Shown piece after piece: positions 60,567 through 64,000 of a stretch of DNA of 64,000 bases. The stretch lies in NCBI GenBank assembly GCA_019117165.1, contig DXAG01000016.1:216-64215 (forward strand), read 5' to 3'. Under the pieces are notes generated by a model. It was not told the origin of the DNA and searched no databases. It was given only the letters and a program-made list of their open reading frames with translations. The stretch is from Candidatus Butyricimonas faecavium. GTDB lineage: Bacteria; Bacteroidota; Bacteroidia; Bacteroidales; Marinifilaceae. The position numbers were made by a program, and so were the translations under genes. The number at the start of each line of letters is the position of its first letter. The stretch's first letter is position 1.

Positions 60567-61967
60567 ATGTCAGTAAAGCAGAGAACTTTAAAGAGTGAAT
60601 TTTCTTTGAATGGAAAAGGTTTGCACACCGGGAAACAGGTGACTGCGACCTTTAAACCGGCTGAAGAGAACTTTGGCTATCGGATACGTCGAATGGATTT
60701 GGAGGGTTCTCCTGAAATTCCAGCTTTGGCTGAATATGTGAAATTAATGGATCGTGCCAGTTGTCTTGAGAAGGATGGCGTGTGCATATTTACTATGGAG
60801 CATGCGATGGCAGCTCTTTACGGATGTGGAATTGACAACTGCCTGATCGAGTTAAGCGGGGAAGAATTCCCGATTTTGGACGGTAGTGCAAAATATTACG
60901 TGGAAGAGATAGAGAAAGTCGGCTTTGAAGAACAAAAGGCTAACAGGCGTTACTTTACGGTAAAAGAACAAATGGAGTTCTGTAGCGAGGACGGACAGAC
61001 AAAGATTACCTTATTGCCGGACACCGACTATAATGTAAACTTGGTTGTTGCTTATGATTCTCCTTACTTGCAAATGCAATACGCTACTTATTCTGAAAAA
61101 GGGACTGATTTTGCGAAAGAGATTGCCCCATGTCGGACGTTCGTCTTCCTGCGTGAGTTGGAAATGCTTTTACAACACAATCTGATTAAAGGTGGGGATC
61201 TGGATAATGCGATCGTGATTGTTGATCGAGAAATCTCTCAAGAAGAAGTAAATCGTTTGGCTAAATTGTTCAATTACGATTCAATCGAGGTGAAACAGGG
61301 AATTTTGAATAACCTGAACTTGTACTTTGACAATGAACCGGCACGTCATAAATTGTTGGATGTTATTGGGGATCTGTCTTTATGTGGGCGTTTTATCAAA
61401 GGGCGTGTTATTGCGGAGAAACCGGGGCATAAAGCAAATACCAGCTTGGCTAAAAAAATGTGTAAGGCCATCGCTCAGGCAGAGAGAGAAGATTCTTGTC
61501 CCGACGTGGACACGACGGCCGAACCGTTGATGGATGTGAATAAGGTGAGGGCTTTATTGCCTCATCGTCCTCCTTTCCTGTTGGTTGATAAGATTTATGA
61601 GGTGACGGATGATATCGTGATCGGTTGTAAGAACGTCACCATGAACGAGCCTTTTTTCGTGGGGCATTTTCCGGAAGAACCGGTGATGCCGGGTGTGCTG
61701 ATTGTGGAAGCGATGGCGCAATGCGGGGGAATTCTAGTGTTGAATCAAGTGGAAGATCCGGAGAATTATTCCACGTATTTTGTGAAAATAGATGGAATCA
61801 AATTCCGTCATAAAGTAGTTCCGGGCGATACGCTGGTCTTTAAGCTGGTGAAAATTGCACCTATCCGTCGCGGGATCGTGACTATGAGAGGATATGCTTT
61901 TGTCGGTAAAACGTTAGTTTGTGAAGTGGGGGAATTCATGGCCCAAGTTGCAAAAACGAAAAAATAG
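60567..61967 (+). CDS. lpxC: Bifunctional LpxC/FabZ
   Basis: GKGLHTG, TMEHAMAAL, RHKLLD, then LPHRPPFLLVD, GHFPEEPVMPGVL. Confidence 0.95.
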   Translation: MSVKQRTLKSEFSLNGKGLHTGKQVTATFKPAEENFGYRIRRMDLEGSPEIPALAEYVKLMDRASCLEKDGVCIFTMEHAMAALYGCGIDNCLIELSGEEFPILDGSAKYYVEEIEKVGFEEQKANRRYFTVKEQMEFCSEDGQTKITLLPDTDYNVNLVVAYDSPYLQMQYATYSEKGTDFAKEIAPCRTFVFLRELEMLLQHNLIKGGDLDNAIVIVDREISQEEVNRLAKLFNYDSIEVKQGILNNLNLYFDNEPARHKLLDVIGDLSLCGRFIKGRVIAEKPGHKANTSLAKKMCKAIAQAEREDSCPDVDTTAEPLMDVNKVRALLPHRPPFLLVDKIYEVTDDIVIGCKNVTMNEPFFVGHFPEEPVMPGVLIVEAMAQCGGILVLNQVEDPENYSTYFVKIDGIKFRHKVVPGDTLVFKLVKIAPIRRGIVTMRGYAFVGKTLVCEVGEFMAQVAKTKK

Positions 61968-62023
61968 TGATAAGATTATACTTAAATGTAAATATTATAT
62001 TTGTAATTAAATAAAAAAAACGA

Positions 62024-62803
62024 ATGAAACAACCGTTAGCTTATGTTCATCCTGAAGCTCAGATTGCGGATAACGTGGTGATTGAGCCTTTCGTGACAAT
62101 TGATAAGAATGTTGTCATTGAGGAGGGAACAAGAATTGGTTCGAATGTCACTATCCTGGAGGGAGCGCATATTGGGAAGAATTGTAAGATTTTTCCGGGG
62201 GCTGTCATTTCTGCCATACCTCAGGATCTTAAATTCAAGGGAGAGAAAACAATCGTCGAGATTGGTGATAACACGACCATCCGAGAGTGTGCGACTATAA
62301 ATAGAGGTACTGCCGCTAAGGGGATAACTAAGGTCGGGAGTAATTGTTTGATCATGGCTTATGTACATATTGCGCATGACTGCGAGATCGGGGATAATTG
62401 TATTATCACGAATGCTTGTCAGTTGGCTGGAGAAGTTGTGGTAGATGATTTCGCTATTATTGGCGGTATGTCTGCTGTACACCAGTTTGTACATATTGGC
62501 CGTCACGTGATGATTCAGGGAGGGTCTTTGATTGGTAAGGATGTACCTCCTTACGTGAAAGCTGGAAGATTACCTTTATCTTATGCGGGAGTGAATTCGA
62601 TTGGTTTACGCCGTCGCGGATTTGTGAATGAAAAGATCAACGAGATTCAGGACATATACCGTATTCTTTTCCAATCTGGGTTAAACAACTCGGATGCGGT
62701 GGAACGGATAGAGGCTGAAATGCCGGCATCAAAAGAGCGGGATGAAATCATTCTGTTTGTGCGCAATAGCAAGCGGGGAATTATGAAAGGATATATGGGA
62801 TAA
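62024..62803 (+). CDS. lpxA: Acyl-ACP--UDP-N-acetylglucosamine O-acyltransferase
   Basis: PQDLKF, IRECATINRGT, HIAHDC, VHQF, GLRRRGF. Confidence 0.96.
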   Translation: MKQPLAYVHPEAQIADNVVIEPFVTIDKNVVIEEGTRIGSNVTILEGAHIGKNCKIFPGAVISAIPQDLKFKGEKTIVEIGDNTTIRECATINRGTAAKGITKVGSNCLIMAYVHIAHDCEIGDNCIITNACQLAGEVVVDDFAIIGGMSAVHQFVHIGRHVMIQGGSLIGKDVPPYVKAGRLPLSYAGVNSIGLRRRGFVNEKINEIQDIYRILFQSGLNNSDAVERIEAEMPASKERDEIILFVRNSKRGIMKGYMG

Positions 62804-62831
62804 AAATTAAGAGGTAAGGATATTTATTGGT

Positions 62832-62868
62832 GAGGTGGAACTAAAATATATTGTTCCACCTCTTTTTT
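62832..62868 (+). terminator. Intrinsic terminator after lpxA
   Basis: GAGGTGGAAC/GTTCCACCTC plus T6. Confidence 0.8.
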
Positions 62869-62903
62869 AGTGTTAGGAGGGAATTATAACAAAGGAGTTG
62901 AAC

Positions 62904-62939
62904 AAAAGCAGGAGAGTACGAATATCGTTTCTCCTGCTT
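62904..62939 (-). terminator. Intrinsic terminator after the M43-like gene
   Basis: AAGCAGGAGA/TCTCCTGCTT with A run on the plus side. Confidence 0.65.
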
Positions 62940-62964
62940 GGCAGTACTAATTAATGAAATCTGT

Positions 62965-64000
62965 TTATTTTCTCATCATCCGAAAAGGACAGTTTTCAAT
63001 TACCGTGCGGATACGTTTCACCTGATCGTAAGTGATCGTGTAAGCTGGACTATAGACATCCATAATTTGATAAGAATTGTAATAAATTTCTTGACCGTTC
63101 TTGTGTTTGTCATCGGCACGGTCTTCTTGAAAGGTCCATTTTTCGATGCTCATATATGTGTAAGCGGCGGTATAAGTATCATCGCAAAAATCGTCAGGAG
63201 CTCCTTCCCAAGTATTGTAATAGGAGGGTAAAAGCCCATAAAAAGTTCCTAAAAGGTCTTCAAGGCCATGACCGTAATTAACCATTGAGTAATAGTTGCT
63301 TTTAGTAATCCCGATCCCAACTTCATAATAATTATTATATCTTGCATCTGCAACGCTATTGACAACTCTTAATTTATTATAAGCATCCATTTGTAATTGT
63401 GCACCAGTGTTTAAAATATAAGATGGTAAACGGGTTTGAGTACTTGTAAAATCAGAAATGTAAATATTAAGATAATGATCCGTATCCCAAATTAAATTAT
63501 TTTTTATATAAGTATTGATAACCGTATTGTCTGCAACTTCTACTCGATTAATTCCTTTTTCATCGAGAACATTTCCGCGAGGGTCATGGGTTGCCAATTC
63601 AAAAGTAATCTTTGAATCAATGGCAGAAGGTGCATGGATGAAATCATTTTTGAAAACCCGATTTACTCGATCAATCAGTTTCTGGATATCTTCGGCGTAT
63701 ATGCTGCTATAAGCATATGCAAGACTGCGGGGAACAACGATATGGAATACCACGGGAACCGTGATTGGTTCAAGCACGTCTTCTGGAGGACGCCGTAAAA
63801 CAACTTCTCTCGTCATGGATTCAACCCCTTGGTATGAAGCTTGGAACTCTAAGGGATCTTCTGAAAAATCAGTAGTTCGGAAGGTCCACCCTACTGGAGT
63901 TCCGTCCTTTTTATAAATTTTGACTTGACTCGTATCAATACGTTCTGCTAAAATTTCTACTGTATCTCGAAATGTTTTTTCTATCACCCTGATATCTCCG
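62965..64000 (-). CDS. M43-like zinc metalloproteinase homologue with degenerate active site (5' end beyond the window)
   Basis: VPVVFHI, ITFELATHDPRG..LDEKGINR, IWDTDHYLNIYI, DDFCDDT, IMD, ITYDQVKRIR; no HExxH. Confidence 0.75.
   Translation of the reverse strand, partial: GDIRVIEKTFRDTVEILAERIDTSQVKIYKKDGTPVGWTFRTTDFSEDPLEFQASYQGVESMTREVVLRRPPEDVLEPITVPVVFHIVVPRSLAYAYSSIYAEDIQKLIDRVNRVFKNDFIHAPSAIDSKITFELATHDPRGNVLDEKGINRVEVADNTVINTYIKNNLIWDTDHYLNIYISDFTSTQTRLPSYILNTGAQLQMDAYNKLRVVNSVADARYNNYYEVGIGITKSNYYSMVNYGHGLEDLLGTFYGLLPSYYNTWEGAPDDFCDDTYTAAYTYMSIEKWTFQEDRADDKHKNGQEIYYNSYQIMDVYSPAYTITYDQVKRIRTVIENCPFRMMRK

Noticed and set aside
60567-61967. LpxC-FabZ fusion as a novelty
   Set aside because: Standard arrangement in Bacteroidota

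Overview
64-kb chromosomal segment of a Bacteroidales gut anaerobe. Gene style suggests Odoribacteraceae, probably Butyricimonas-like (inference). Housekeeping genes: gpmI, tRNA-His, gcvP, ttcA-like, greA, HIT, PaaI, HAD, yfcC, mgsA, capA-like, rimP-nusA-infB, lpxD-lpxC/fabZ-lpxA. Interspersed are a tricorn-like S41 protease, a padR-pspC module (pspC frameshifted), an XRE regulator, a heavy-metal RND efflux operon and two ECF-sigma/FecR/SusC/SusD loci. The two SusC/D loci carry no recognisable glycosidases; instead they encode four CxxC TlpA-like thioredoxins, an S46 dipeptidyl-peptidase and an L,D-transpeptidase. Most notable signals: (i) a perfect 17-bp inverted repeat with an Mpi-like core between sigma and anti-sigma of locus 1 (candidate invertible switch); (ii) antisense promoter plus terminator units abutting both susC start codons (DonS-like sRNAs); (iii) a His/Cys-rich leader ORF ending in a RAPP ribosome-arrest motif ahead of the metal efflux operon; (iv) several gene lesions. 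No integrase, transposase, CRISPR array or rRNA was seen. All family calls are from motif recognition, not database searches.
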